Counted from the first letter of the stretch, positions 29,380-40,537 are shown. The stretch: DNA of 64,000 nt from an uncultured cyanobacterium (GCA_963740315.1 CAVUDP010000002.1:3808001-3872000), one strand, 5' to 3'. Notes: generated by a model from the sequence alone, not told the origin. Numbers and translations: made by a program.

Positions 29380-32300
29380 ATGCAGCAGAACCAGCGGTTT
29401 TCACTGGAACAAGCGATAGAACGCAATCCTTTAATTGTTACTCCTGACACAGCTTTAGTTAAAGTGATTGAGTTAATGAGCCAGGGGTGGAGAAGAATTT
29501 GCCATCTCGATCAAAATCATTTCTCTTCAGATGAAAATCAGGTGGTGTCAGTACACAGTAGTTATGCCTTAGTAATGCAGGATTCGCACATAATTGGTAT
29601 TTTTACCGAGCGCGATATGATGCGGTTGCTTGCTGCTGCCAAAATACGACAGGAGACAACTATTGCAGAAGTAATGAGCGAGGAAATAGTGACGCTCAAA
29701 GCTGCTGAAATTGAAGATGTTTTTACCGTCTTGAGTTTAACTTGCGATCGCAATATTCGCCATCTACCAATTGTTGATGAGCAAAACCAACTTCTAGGGA
29801 TAATTACACCCGAAGGAATGCGAACAGCGCTTCATCCTACCGAGTGGCTGAGATTTCGCCGAGTTGCTGAAGTGATGAATACCCAAGTTCTTCATGTACC
29901 TCCAACAGCATCGGTGCTAGATGCAATCAAATTAATGGTTGAACATCATGCTAGCTGTGTGGTGATTGTGGAAGAGGATGGGGAAACAAGGGGATGGGGG
30001 GACAAGGGGATCGCAGAACAAGGAAATGATTCCACTTCTCCACTCATTCCGATTGGAATTCTTACCGAACGCGATATAATTCAATTTCAGAAATTGGAGT
30101 TAAATTTAGAACGCACGCAGGTACAAACTGTCATGAGTTCGCCGCTATGTTTGGTAAATGCGGAGGAATCATTATGGGCTGTACACCAGAAAATGCACCA
30201 GTATCGGGTACGGCGGTTGGTGATTGCTGGTCAAGCAGGAGAATTACGGGGAATAATTACGGAAACTAGCTTATTACAAGCCTTAGACCCGACTGAGATG
30301 TATGGGGTTTTGGATCTATTGCAGCAAAAAGTCGAACGCTTGGAGCTACAAAGAAGTGAATTATCACAAAGCTACACCAAGCAATCTCAACTTTATCAGC
30401 AATTAGAAACAGCACTTGAAGAACGCAAGCAGATAGAAAAAGTACTGCGAGAGGAAAGAAACTTAACATCTGCTATTTTAGATGTTGCTGGGGCTTTAAT
30501 AGTTGTTATAGATAAACAAGGACAAATTGTTAGCTTTAATCAAGGCTGTGAACGAATTACTGGTTATAGCTCTGAAGAGATTGAAAATAAGCAGGTATGG
30601 GATTTAATTGCTCCAGAAGAAATAGAAACTATTACAAAAGTTTTTGAGCAACTTAAAAAAGGTGAATTTCCTAATCAACATCAAAACTATTGGGTAGCAA
30701 AAGATGGAAGTCGTCGTTTAATTAGCTGGTCAAATACTTGTTTGATTGATGATGATGGTTCGGTCAAATATATTATTGCTACGGGAATTGATATTACCCA
30801 AAAGCATCAAGTAGAAGAAGACTTAAACCGTTTTTTCTCGCTTTCTCTAGATATGCTTTGTGTTGGTGGGTTCGATGGCTATTTTAAACAAGTTAATCCA
30901 GCCTTTAAAGAAACTTTAGGATATGAGAAAGATGAATTATTAGCACAATCCTTTTTAAGTTTTATTCACCCAGATGATGTAGCAGCGACTTTAGCGGAAA
31001 TGGATCAAATTTCTCGAGGAGTCAAAACTATTGGCTTTGAAAACCGCTATCGCTGTAAAGATGGTTCTTATAAGTGGATACAGTGGAATGCCACACCTTA
31101 CGAGCAACAATTTTATGCTTTAGGGCGAGATATAACCGAACGCAGACAAATGCAGTTAGATATTCAAGAAAGTGAAAAAAGATATCGCTACATCTATGAA
31201 AATACTCCGGTAATGCTGCACTCGATTGATAGTTATGGAAATCTTATTAGCGTCAGTAATTTTTGGTTAGAGAAATTAGGTTATCAACGTCATAAAGTGT
31301 TAGGACGCAAATCAACGGAATTTCTGACTCCGGAATCGCAAAAATATGCTCGTCAAGTTCTACCAGAGTACTTTGAAAAAGGTTTTTGTCAGGATATTCC
31401 ATATCAAATTGTTAGAAAAGATGGAAAAATATTAGATATATTGTTATCAGCAATTGCGGAACGAGATGCAGATCGTAATATTATCCGTTCTTTAGCTGTT
31501 TTAATTGATGTAACCGAACGCAATAAAGCCCAGCATAGAATCCACGAACAAGCTGCTTTACTAGATGTTGCAACGGATGCAATTATGGTTCGGGATCTGA
31601 AAAACCAAATCTTATTTTGGAACCAAGGTGCGGAACGTTTATATGGCTTTACCTCAGCAGAAGCCTTGGGTAAAAATGCTAATGAATTAATTTACCGCGA
31701 GTCCTTTCCACAATTAGAAGAAATCCATCAAATACTATTCGAGTCAGGTTATTGGAAAGGCGAATTATATCAAGTTACCAAAGCTGGCAATGATATCGTT
31801 ATTTTTAGTACTTGGAATTTGGTAAGCGACGAGCAAGGAAATCCTAAATCAATATTAGTTGTTAATACCGATATTACCGAAAAAAAGCAATTAGAAGCTC
31901 AATTTCTCCGCGCTCAACGTTTGGAAAGTATCGGTACATTATCTGGTGGAATTGCTCACGATTTAAACAATATTCTTACTCCAATTTTGGCGATTTCTCA
32001 GCTTCTCCCGCTCGCAGTTCCCAAAGCAGACGAGCAAACCCAGCATTTCTTTAATATTCTCGAAAATAGCGCCAAACGGGGAGCAACTTTAGTTAAGCAA
32101 GTGTTATCTTTTGCGCGAGGAGTTCAAGGCGATATAGACAGCGTAGCTGAACGCACTCCGTTACAAGTTAAGCATATCATTTCGGAGATTAAAGATTTCG
32201 CTCGCAACACTTTTCCTAAATCAATCGAAATTCAAGTAGGTTTACCCGATAATTTACGATTAATTAGCGCCGATGCAACACAAATTCATCAGGTATTAAT

Positions 32301-33054
32301 GAATCTTTGCGTTAATGCTCGCGATGCCATGCCACATGGAGGTACGCTGAGTATAAAAGCTGAAAACATCGATATCGATCAAAACTATGTCAAGATGAAC
32401 CTTGATGCAACCGTAGGAAATTATGTTGTAGTTACAGTTGCAGATACGGGTACGGGTATTCCTCCAGAAACTAAGATGCGAATTTTTGAACCATTTTTTA
32501 CTACCAAACAACAAGGTAAAGGTACCGGATTAGGGCTTTCAACCACAATTGGAATTATTAAAAGCCACGGTGGTTTTATTCATGTTTATAGCGAAGTCGG
32601 TGAAGGCACAAAATTTCAAGTTTATTTACCAGCAGTTAGTACAGAAGAAATTGTACAAGATGAAAAAATAGAAATTCCCGAAGGAAAAGGAGAATTAATC
32701 CTTTTAGCTGATGACGAGATGAGTATTAGGGATATTACAAAAACATCTTTAGAAAACTATAATTATCAAGTACTTATCGCTAGCGATGGAATTGAAGCAA
32801 TTGCGCTTTATGCTCAATATAGAAACGAAATCAGTGCTGTATTAATGGATATGATGATGCCGGAAATGGATGGTGTAACGACTATCCGCACGCTGCAAAG
32901 AATGAATCCCCAGGTTAAAATAATTGCCGTCAGCGGATTAGCTACCAGCGATAAAGTAAATGCGGCGATGAGTAGTGGTGCCAAATTATTTTTATCAAAA
33001 CCTTACACTAGCGAAGAATTATTGAGACAATTGCATCAGGTTCTAAATGCTTAA
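29380..33054 (+). CDS. Hybrid histidine kinase: 4 CBS + 4 PAS + HisKA + HATPase + receiver
   Basis: CBS motifs, four PAS/PAC units ending DIT/DVT, AHDLNN, GTGLGLS, DMMMP. Confidence 0.93.
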   Translation: MQQNQRFSLEQAIERNPLIVTPDTALVKVIELMSQGWRRICHLDQNHFSSDENQVVSVHSSYALVMQDSHIIGIFTERDMMRLLAAAKIRQETTIAEVMSEEIVTLKAAEIEDVFTVLSLTCDRNIRHLPIVDEQNQLLGIITPEGMRTALHPTEWLRFRRVAEVMNTQVLHVPPTASVLDAIKLMVEHHASCVVIVEEDGETRGWGDKGIAEQGNDSTSPLIPIGILTERDIIQFQKLELNLERTQVQTVMSSPLCLVNAEESLWAVHQKMHQYRVRRLVIAGQAGELRGIITETSLLQALDPTEMYGVLDLLQQKVERLELQRSELSQSYTKQSQLYQQLETALEERKQIEKVLREERNLTSAILDVAGALIVVIDKQGQIVSFNQGCERITGYSSEEIENKQVWDLIAPEEIETITKVFEQLKKGEFPNQHQNYWVAKDGSRRLISWSNTCLIDDDGSVKYIIATGIDITQKHQVEEDLNRFFSLSLDMLCVGGFDGYFKQVNPAFKETLGYEKDELLAQSFLSFIHPDDVAATLAEMDQISRGVKTIGFENRYRCKDGSYKWIQWNATPYEQQFYALGRDITERRQMQLDIQESEKRYRYIYENTPVMLHSIDSYGNLISVSNFWLEKLGYQRHKVLGRKSTEFLTPESQKYARQVLPEYFEKGFCQDIPYQIVRKDGKILDILLSAIAERDADRNIIRSLAVLIDVTERNKAQHRIHEQAALLDVATDAIMVRDLKNQILFWNQGAERLYGFTSAEALGKNANELIYRESFPQLEEIHQILFESGYWKGELYQVTKAGNDIVIFSTWNLVSDEQGNPKSILVVNTDITEKKQLEAQFLRAQRLESIGTLSGGIAHDLNNILTPILAISQLLPLAVPKADEQTQHFFNILENSAKRGATLVKQVLSFARGVQGDIDSVAERTPLQVKHIISEIKDFARNTFPKSIEIQVGLPDNLRLISADATQIHQVLMNLCVNARDAMPHGGTLSIKAENIDIDQNYVKMNLDATVGNYVVVTVADTGTGIPPETKMRIFEPFFTTKQQGKGTGLGLSTTIGIIKSHGGFIHVYSEVGEGTKFQVYLPAVSTEEIVQDEKIEIPEGKGELILLADDEMSIRDITKTSLENYNYQVLIASDGIEAIALYAQYRNEISAVLMDMMMPEMDGVTTIRTLQRMNPQVKIIAVSGLATSDKVNAAMSSGAKLFLSKPYTSEELLRQLHQVLNA

Positions 33055-34506
33055 TAACGGTAAACTAACAGTAAAAGATGTCTCTCCATCCGAAGCCGGA
33101 TCGAGCATCAACTCACCGTTATGAGCGCGAACAATTTCACGAGCAAGACTTAATCCCAATCCAATTCCTTCTATTTTACGGTTGCGAGATGGATCTCCGC
33201 GATGAAAACGGTCAAAAATTAGAGTTCTATTCTCATCTTTTATTCCCTCAGATGCATTGACAATTGTTACCTGAAGTGAGTTATTACTTTGAAAAGCATT
33301 AACTTTTATCCAACCGTCGGCAAGATTATATTTTATTGCGTTACTAAATAGATTTTGCAAAACTTGTTTTAGTAAATCTCTGTCACCTTTAACTTTTAAT
33401 CCCTTTGCAATATCAGTTCTTACCGTCAAATCGGGAGCCAACATTTCCACATCTTCTAACATTTGAAATAATAACTCTGACATATCCACCTCTACCAGAT
33501 ATAGACTCAACTGTCCTGCATCAGCTAAAGACAGCAGTAAAAGTTTGCGGACAATTCCACTCAGATGATGTACTTCATCTAATAGATAACTCAAACGCTG
33601 CTGTACTTCACTTCCGTCCGGTACCTGCTGTAATGTTCTTTCTAATTCTCCCTGTAGAATAGTTAGTGGAGTTTTTAATTCATGAGCAGCATCACCACTG
33701 AAGCGAGAAGCTTGATTAAAGCTGCGTTCCAAACGTTCTAACATTTGGTTAAATACCCGAATCATTTCTACAAATTCCACATCTGTTTTTTCAATGGGAA
33801 TTCTTCGATCTAACCCTTTTGCATTAACTTTTTGAATTGTGCTGGTTAATTGATTTATCGGACGTAAAACGCTTCCAGAAAGCAACCATGCACCAATTGT
33901 AATTAATAACAACACTCCAGGAATATAGATCAAGAAAATATTGTTAATGGTAGCCATTTCTCGATCGACTACTTGCAGATTAACCGCGATCGCAATTTGA
34001 ATATTATGATGTTTTACCGCAGCAATTCGCCAAGCTTCTGTTTTTGTTGTTTCTGTAGTCAGTACGGGAGGAAGTGGGAGAGGTGGAGGAGGTAATTGCA
34101 GGGATGGTTTGCTCCGAGGAGTTCGCGGTAGTGGCTTTATTAATGTCAATTTATTAATTAGCAGACGCTGCAAATCTCGATCTATAATTACTTCTTGAGA
34201 TTCGTAGAGCTTGTTACCTTCCGCATCAAATACTAAAAGCGCAATCGGAGCTTCTGTATTTTCACTTAAGATAGTTGATAGCGTACTTTGATACATTTGC
34301 CATTCCTCTTCCTGGTAAAACTGCGGTGGTTTTCTTCCAGGTGGAGAAATTGGTCGCATCAACTGATTAATGATTTGTGCATCTAAACGGTTAACTTTCG
34401 CGTTGTAAATCTGGAACCAGGAAACCGCACCAAATCCTACTAAAGCGCTGCCAGCAAGAGCCGCAGAAAATAAAGCAATCCGCAGACGAAACGAAGATAA
34501 TTTCAT
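33043..34506 (-). CDS. Membrane HAMP sensor histidine kinase (CusS/CzcS-like)
   Basis: Two TM, HAMP, FSGDAAHELKTPL, GIGLGLS. Confidence 0.9.
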   Translation of the reverse strand: MKLSSFRLRIALFSAALAGSALVGFGAVSWFQIYNAKVNRLDAQIINQLMRPISPPGRKPPQFYQEEEWQMYQSTLSTILSENTEAPIALLVFDAEGNKLYESQEVIIDRDLQRLLINKLTLIKPLPRTPRSKPSLQLPPPPLPLPPVLTTETTKTEAWRIAAVKHHNIQIAIAVNLQVVDREMATINNIFLIYIPGVLLLITIGAWLLSGSVLRPINQLTSTIQKVNAKGLDRRIPIEKTDVEFVEMIRVFNQMLERLERSFNQASRFSGDAAHELKTPLTILQGELERTLQQVPDGSEVQQRLSYLLDEVHHLSGIVRKLLLLSLADAGQLSLYLVEVDMSELLFQMLEDVEMLAPDLTVRTDIAKGLKVKGDRDLLKQVLQNLFSNAIKYNLADGWIKVNAFQSNNSLQVTIVNASEGIKDENRTLIFDRFHRGDPSRNRKIEGIGLGLSLAREIVRAHNGELMLDPASDGETSFTVSLPLLSI

Positions 34507-34509
34507 GAC

Positions 34510-35187
34510 TCAAGTATCTGGTTGACGGAAGCGATAACCAACCCCGCGAATACTTTCAATCCAGCCTCCTTCATCAATGGGGTCAATTTTTTTACGAATC
34601 CGCTGAATACAAACATCTACAACATTAGTATTGGGATTAAAATCATAGCCCCAAACGTGTTCTAATATTTGGGTACGAGTAAAAACTCTTCCGGGAGAAC
34701 GCATCAAATATTCCAGTAAATTAAATTCACGAGTAGTTAGTTCTATAGCTTTTTGATTGCAAGTAACTTCCCGTGTAATTCAATCTAACTTCAAAGAGCA
34801 TACAGCTAGAAAATTCTGACGCTCTCCTACACTTCTACGAATTACAGCATGAATTCGAGCAACCAATTCTTCCACAAAAAAAGGTTTAGCAATGTAATCG
34901 TCGGCTCCTAAATTCAAACCTTGCAATCTATCGTCAAGTTCGTTACGAGCGGTTAATAAAATTACCGGATTATTCCTACCTTCCCGACGCAAATGTTTGA
35001 GAATTGATAGCCCATCTTTACCCGGTAGCATAATATCTAGGACAATCGCATCATATTCGTTTTCTAGAGCTAATAAGTAGCCTTCATCACCATTTGCACA
35101 GTAATCTACTGTAAACCCCTGTTCCTTTAACCCAGCCCGAACAAAATCAGCAATTTTTGCTTCATCTTCGACAAATAGAATGTTCAC
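34510..35187 (-). pseudogene. OmpR-family (CusR/CopR-like) response regulator with one in-frame TGA
   Basis: LKLD*ITREVTCNQKAIELTTREFNLLEYLMRSPG is one frame; stop at 34780-34782. Confidence 0.85.
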
Positions 35188-35247
35188 AACTATTCTATGG
35201 CTTCTGCATGTGACAATCTATTTTACACTTGCTACTCACAAACTGAA

Positions 35248-35263
35248 ATTACAATTTTGTAAT
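35248..35263. promoter_or_regulatory. Palindrome ATTACAATTTTGTAAT (CusR/CopR-type box)
   Basis: 60 bp upstream of the regulator; identical copy at 36540. Confidence 0.7.
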
Positions 35264-35280
35264 CAAGAATTATGTAACCG

Positions 35281-36354
35281 TTAGTGTTGGTGTCGGCAGG
35301 CTGTTGTTTTCTGAACTGTTTCCCCCGCAACTTTTTGGTACTCAAACTCCCAACAATCCGATGAAGTCTTACGGTAAACAACAGCACTTGTTACACCAGG
35401 TGTAGTTAAAGAATTGAAACCCAAACGATATTCTCCATCTTCATTTTTCTTAAAATCAGTGATAACCGTTGAGACAGGCTCACCATAGCTACCACCAAAC
35501 GGGCTTGATGTACGCTGCGCTAGTGCATCGAAAGTGGGAGGTTCTATTTGTAGTTTAGAATCAAAAAATCCGTGATGGCAACCTACAACATATGGCGGGG
35601 TTTTGGTTGTGTAATGCACATAACTACCATCAGGCAATTGCAGCGCGTTGCACTCATCAAGCTCTTTGTCGGGTAGGTAACTAAGGTCGCTGTATCTACC
35701 ACGTCCATAATAATCATCACCACCTTCACCATAATAGACTGGTGTGCCATCAAGACCAAAGGCAATCGGTAGTTCAGGATTATGTTTATCCATCAAGCAA
35801 ACTGGGGCATAATGATAGTGATAGTCTTCACCTTGCCCTGCATGACCTCCGCACTGGTCTAATTCGCCCTGAACAACAGTATCGTTGCGCTCCTCATAGT
35901 TATCTAGCGAAGTTGAAACATCAGGTCGTCGTTCGTAATGGAAAATAGGCACACCATCAACTGCAACCGCTATTGGTCCACGCGGACTTGCTTCAACGGG
36001 TTCATCTAACCACTGAGGTTTGAGAGGAATGCGCCACTGATAATCGTAGGGAACCGCAACTCTTTGTATCCAAGATTTGATGCCTACCATTGGTACATCT
36101 TCACTACTTCCAGAAGTTAAATCGGGAAGACCTGTAGCGGTGAACTCAAGGGAATCAGCAGTACAATTAATTGCCTCAGAATTGAGGTGTAACCCAAAAG
36201 CTTTTTTATAGGTTGTGCAGTCTGCTGAGGTTGGCGAAGTTTGAGCGTTAATTGTGTTTACGCTGCTTGAATTTGCTGTCTGCTTCGTGCAACTCAATGA
36301 TGAGCTAGCCGCGAAAACTGCTGTAAGAATAAGGATTGAAAGTCTTGTTTGCAT
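35281..36354 (-). CDS. YHYH-domain lipoprotein
   Basis: Probable lipobox Cys; GPIAVAVDGVPI, LDQCGGH..DYHYH, DGTPVY, LDECN, YVHYTT..PY..GC. Confidence 0.85.
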   Translation of the reverse strand: MQTRLSILILTAVFAASSSLSCTKQTANSSSVNTINAQTSPTSADCTTYKKAFGLHLNSEAINCTADSLEFTATGLPDLTSGSSEDVPMVGIKSWIQRVAVPYDYQWRIPLKPQWLDEPVEASPRGPIAVAVDGVPIFHYERRPDVSTSLDNYEERNDTVVQGELDQCGGHAGQGEDYHYHYAPVCLMDKHNPELPIAFGLDGTPVYYGEGGDDYYGRGRYSDLSYLPDKELDECNALQLPDGSYVHYTTKTPPYVVGCHHGFFDSKLQIEPPTFDALAQRTSSPFGGSYGEPVSTVITDFKKNEDGEYRLGFNSLTTPGVTSAVVYRKTSSDCWEFEYQKVAGETVQKTTACRHQH

Positions 36355-36539
36355 TTCATCTAATCTCCCAATTTAATTATTGTTAACCCAGGTATCTCAC
36401 AAAGGGCGAAAAAAAAGGGTGCTAAAAACTGTAGGAACATTTTTTTCAGGAGCATTTGAACAGCTTTTAGTTATGACCCTATGGAAACAGATTGTATATC
36501 AGAATAATTACTTTTTTAAGCCAAAATTCGCCCCGAAAA

Positions 36540-36555
36540 ATTACAATTTTGTAAT
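36540..36555. promoter_or_regulatory. Palindrome ATTACAATTTTGTAAT (second copy)
   Basis: Between the divergent YHYH and efflux genes. Confidence 0.7.
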
Positions 36556-36726
36556 TTAAGCAAAGAATTAATTGTTATAGCTATATACTGTAATTATTCG
36601 ATAAATATAAACAACTAATTAATAAAGCTCTCGTGATTCTCCCACAAAGAGCCGCACAAGCCGTAATCAAAATCACTTCAAAATCACTTATTGTTGCTTC
36701 TTGCACTAATGGTGCATTCGTAGCGT

Positions 36727-38238
36727 ATGAAACTTCAATCTTCCCAAAATGTAATATTTCAGCCTTTAAGAAAAGGCTTGATAAAAAATAAACTAAGTAA
36801 GTGGCTAATAGGGTTACTGATTCTCTGTTCGCTGACGGGTGGTGGATACCTTATTTACCGTCAGATAGTGATTTCTTCTGCTCAAACAGCCAGAAGCAAA
36901 ATGTTGAGTGTCCCAGTTGAACGAGAAACGTTACCCATTACTATCTTAGCCAACGGCACAATTGAAGCTAAACAATCAACTAACGTCAGCCCCGATACTT
37001 CTGGACGGCTAAAGAGCTTGCTGGTGAAGGAAGGAGAGTATGTAAAAGTCGGACAAATTTTGGCACGCATGGATGACTCAACCTTACAAGGTCAGCTGAT
37101 TCAAGCACAAGGTTCTTTAGCTTCTGCCCAAGCAAGTTTGCAAAAGGCAATAGCGGGTAATCGTTCTCAAGATATTGCTCAAGCACAAGCACAATTAGAG
37201 CAAGCCCAAGCGAACTTACAAAAAGCACAAGCAGGTAATCGTCCTCAAGATATTGCTCAGGCTCAAGCACGTTTAAAAAGCGCTCAAGCAAATTTAACAA
37301 AAGCTGAAGATGATTTTAACCGCAATCAGCAACTATACAATGCTGGTGCTATTTCCCTGCAAATTCTCAACCAACAACGCGCCGATCGCGATAGCGCCCA
37401 AGCTGCTGTAAATGAAGCGCAGCAAGCATTAGCATTACAAAAAGCAGGGTCGCGCACTGAAGATATCGAGCAACTAAAAGCAGTAGTGAAAGAAAAACAG
37501 CAAGCTTTAGCACTGCAAAAAGCAGGAACACGCACCGAAGACATTGAAGCTGCACGGGCACAAGTGACTCAACAAGAGGGTAACTTAAAAACGATTCAAA
37601 CACAGATTCAAAACACAATTATTCGCGCTCCTTTCAGTGGGATTGTCACCGCCAAGTATGCCGATCCCGGTGGTATTGTCACACCTACCACATCGGGAAG
37701 TACGGTATCTAGTGCAACTTCTTCTTCGATTTTGTCGCTGGCATCAAATTATCAAGTTGTAGCAAAGGTTGCCGAAACCGATATCAGTAAAATTGAAGTT
37801 GGGCAGTCAGTCACCGTTATAGCTGATGCCTATCCTGACAAAACTTTTGCAGGCAAAGTTGCGGAAGTTGCGCCTCAAGCAACGGTGACTTCTAACGTAA
37901 CTAGCTTTGAAGTAAGAGTAAACTTCACGGATACTGAAAATCTCCTGCGTCCCGGTATGAACGTCAATGCGAAATTCGATGCAGGTAAATTGAATAATGT
38001 CCTTGTCATCCCCACAGTGGCAATTCTACGCCAAAACAACGGCACCGGAGTAAGAGTAATTACGGGAAATGAGACTCAGTTTGTGCCAATTGAAACCGGA
38101 CTAACTATCAATAGTAAAACTGAAGTACGCTCCGGTTTACAAGGAAATGAAAAAGTTTTGCTTAGTGCGCCATCTAATTCTCAAATTAACAGTAATAGTA
38201 ACAGAGATATTCCTCCTGGTGGGGGTCCTCCTCTTTGA
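36727..38238 (+). CDS. Efflux periplasmic adaptor (HlyD/MacA family)
   Basis: N-terminal TM, lipoyl halves (VKEGEYVKVGQ, IRAPFSG), repetitive coiled coil, LRPGM. Confidence 0.9.
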   Translation: MKLQSSQNVIFQPLRKGLIKNKLSKWLIGLLILCSLTGGGYLIYRQIVISSAQTARSKMLSVPVERETLPITILANGTIEAKQSTNVSPDTSGRLKSLLVKEGEYVKVGQILARMDDSTLQGQLIQAQGSLASAQASLQKAIAGNRSQDIAQAQAQLEQAQANLQKAQAGNRPQDIAQAQARLKSAQANLTKAEDDFNRNQQLYNAGAISLQILNQQRADRDSAQAAVNEAQQALALQKAGSRTEDIEQLKAVVKEKQQALALQKAGTRTEDIEAARAQVTQQEGNLKTIQTQIQNTIIRAPFSGIVTAKYADPGGIVTPTTSGSTVSSATSSSILSLASNYQVVAKVAETDISKIEVGQSVTVIADAYPDKTFAGKVAEVAPQATVTSNVTSFEVRVNFTDTENLLRPGMNVNAKFDAGKLNNVLVIPTVAILRQNNGTGVRVITGNETQFVPIETGLTINSKTEVRSGLQGNEKVLLSAPSNSQINSNSNRDIPPGGGPPL

Positions 38239-38274
38239 CAACCCACAAGTTAAATTTGATGCCATTATTCTGAG

Positions 38275-39567
38275 GTGAGTAAAATGAGCGCACGTTACTT
38301 CAAGCCACGAGTTAAAAAGGTATCTACGGTATCAAAAGTAGAAATTTTGACCATTGCTGTTGAGGCGTTGTGGAATAATAAACTCCGCACTATGCTAACG
38401 ATGCTGGGCATCATTATTGGTATTACAGCAGTGATTGCCGTTACCGCAATTGGTCAAGGTACTCAAAAAGCCACCGAGCAACGATTACAATCGCTTGGAA
38501 GTGACATTTTGCAAGTACAGTCGGGTGCAGCTAGAAGTGGTGGAGTGCGGCAGGGTGCTGGGAGTGCAACGACATTGACTTTAGAAGATGCTGAAGCTAT
38601 TGCCGAACAAGTTTTAGCAGTTGAGCGTGTATCTGCTTTCCTAGAGCAAAACGCTCAAGTTGTCTATGCCCAAAACAACAACTCGATGACAATTATTGGT
38701 ACTGATGTCAACTATCCAGATGTACGCAATACCTATCCTCAAACAGGTAGATTTTTTACTCAGGAGGAAGTCGATGCGGGAAAAGCTGTGGCAGTTTTAG
38801 GTCCCACCGCACGAGATGAATTACTGGGTTCGGGAAGTAGTGCAGAAGGTTCACAAATCCGCATTCAAGGACAAACCTATGAGGTAATTGGCGTTATGGA
38901 AACGAAGGGAACGCAAGGACGACAAAACCCGGATGAACTAATTTATATCCCGCTCACCAATATGTCTGCTCGGCTAACAGGAAACAACTCTGTCAAAGGA
39001 ATTGCGATTAGAGGAATTTATGTCAAAGTAGAAAGTCAGGATCGGTTAGATGCTGCTGAGTATCAAACCACAAATCTTTTGCGGGTACGACATGGCATTT
39101 TTCCCGCAAAAGACGATACAGATGATTTTAGAATTATAAATTCGGCTGATATTATCGAAACCCTCACCAGTACATCTAAACTGTTTACCATCATGGTAGT
39201 AGCAGTTGCCGCAATTTCTTTAATTGTCGGGGGTATTGGCATTGCCAACATTATGCTTGTATCAGTGGTTGAGCGGACGCGAGAAATTGGGATTCGTAAA
39301 GCAGTTGGAGCTACTAATAGTGCTATTTTGAGCCAGTTTTTAGCTGAGGCAATAATAATTGCAGCAATGGGAGGAGCGATTGGCATCTGCTTGGGGATAG
39401 CAATCGGCTTTGTTGCCTCAAATTCGTTCAAATTTCCCCTTGTGATTTCACCCTGGTCAATTCTCCTGGGATTTAGTTTGACATTTATCATTGGGTTGCT
39501 AGCTGGAGTGATTCCCGCTCGTAGTGCTGCCAGACTTGACCCAATCGAAGCGCTTAGGAGCGATTGA
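38275..39567 (+). CDS. MacB-like ABC permease
   Basis: LRTMLTMLGIIIG, GIGIANIMLVSVVERTREIGIRKAVGA, PA..AARLDPIEALR. Confidence 0.92.
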   Translation: MSKMSARYFKPRVKKVSTVSKVEILTIAVEALWNNKLRTMLTMLGIIIGITAVIAVTAIGQGTQKATEQRLQSLGSDILQVQSGAARSGGVRQGAGSATTLTLEDAEAIAEQVLAVERVSAFLEQNAQVVYAQNNNSMTIIGTDVNYPDVRNTYPQTGRFFTQEEVDAGKAVAVLGPTARDELLGSGSSAEGSQIRIQGQTYEVIGVMETKGTQGRQNPDELIYIPLTNMSARLTGNNSVKGIAIRGIYVKVESQDRLDAAEYQTTNLLRVRHGIFPAKDDTDDFRIINSADIIETLTSTSKLFTIMVVAVAAISLIVGGIGIANIMLVSVVERTREIGIRKAVGATNSAILSQFLAEAIIIAAMGGAIGICLGIAIGFVASNSFKFPLVISPWSILLGFSLTFIIGLLAGVIPARSAARLDPIEALRSD

Positions 39568-39599
39568 GACAACATACTGAAGCCTAGAGGATTATTAAT

Positions 39600-40295
39600 A
39601 TGGCAACCATGATTTGGATGGAAGGCATTGAAAAAACTTATTTTTTAGGAGAAAGCAAAATTCCAATACTCAAGGGAATTAACTTATCTATCGAAGAAGG
39701 CGAATATACCGCAATTATGGGGATGTCTGGTTCTGGGAAGTCTACACTGATGAATATTATTGGTTGTCTTGACCGCCCAACATCCGGATATTATGTTCTA
39801 GAAGGTAGAAATCTAACTACACTAACTAACGATGAGTTAGCATATATCCGCAATCAACATATCGGTTTTGTGTTTCAGCAATTCAATCTACTGCCTCGCT
39901 CCACCGCTTTAGAAAACGTAATGTTGCCAATGATCTATGCAGGTATTCCTAAATCGCAACGCAAAAAACGGGCTGAGTCAGCCTTAATCCGCGTTGGCTT
40001 AGCAGAGCGAATGTTAAACCGTCCCAATCAGATGTCTGGTGGACAACAGCAGCGAGTAGCCATCGCTCGTGCCCTCGTCAACCGTCCTAAACTTGTTTTA
40101 GCAGACGAACCCACAGGAGCTTTAGACACCCAAACTTCTGGGGAAGTGATGAATTTACTGACTGAACTTAATAGTCAAGGTATCACAATCGTTATTGTCA
40201 CCCACGAAATAGATGTCGCCAACCAAACCAACCGCATTATTCACGTCAAAGATGGTTTAGTGACTCATAAGATAACCGAATTAAAAGAATTTTAG
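39600..40295 (+). CDS. ABC ATP-binding protein (LolD/MacB-like)
   Basis: [32 protein letters not shown]. Confidence 0.93.
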   Translation: MATMIWMEGIEKTYFLGESKIPILKGINLSIEEGEYTAIMGMSGSGKSTLMNIIGCLDRPTSGYYVLEGRNLTTLTNDELAYIRNQHIGFVFQQFNLLPRSTALENVMLPMIYAGIPKSQRKKRAESALIRVGLAERMLNRPNQMSGGQQQRVAIARALVNRPKLVLADEPTGALDTQTSGEVMNLLTELNSQGITIVIVTHEIDVANQTNRIIHVKDGLVTHKITELKEF

Positions 40296-40465
40296 CCAGA
40301 TGAAAATCATGGGTTATAAACTGTATATCACCAAGACTTTAATGATATTGCTATCAAGTTTGAAACTTTCATATAACTCAAGCTAGAAAATATTTGCTTT
40401 CTTCAAAAACAACGACGATAAAAATATAATTTCCCTCAATTAATTAAAGTGGATTGTCAGCATAA

Positions 40466-40506
40466 GCAAAACCTTCACAAGCGATGAATACTTGTGAAGG
40501 TTTTGC
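40466..40506. terminator. Perfect 16 bp hairpin between convergent genes
   Basis: GCAAAACCTTCACAAG / CTTGTGAAGGTTTTGC. Confidence 0.75.
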
Positions 40507-40537
40507 GTTATTATTACAAAAAAAGCAGAGTTAATTT

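Noticed and set aside
34510..35187. This OmpR protein as the CTCA-box regulator, or its TGA as selenocysteine
   Set aside because: No CTCA box upstream, it has its own palindrome, and the position corresponds to Arg in a non-catalytic linker
37100..37560. Repeats in the HlyD gene
   Set aside because: Ordinary coiled-coil repeats of cyanobacterial adaptor proteins
39063..39575. 170 aa antisense ORF and similar shadow ORFs (41259-41621, 21313-21660)
   Set aside because: Antisense shadows of well-supported genes
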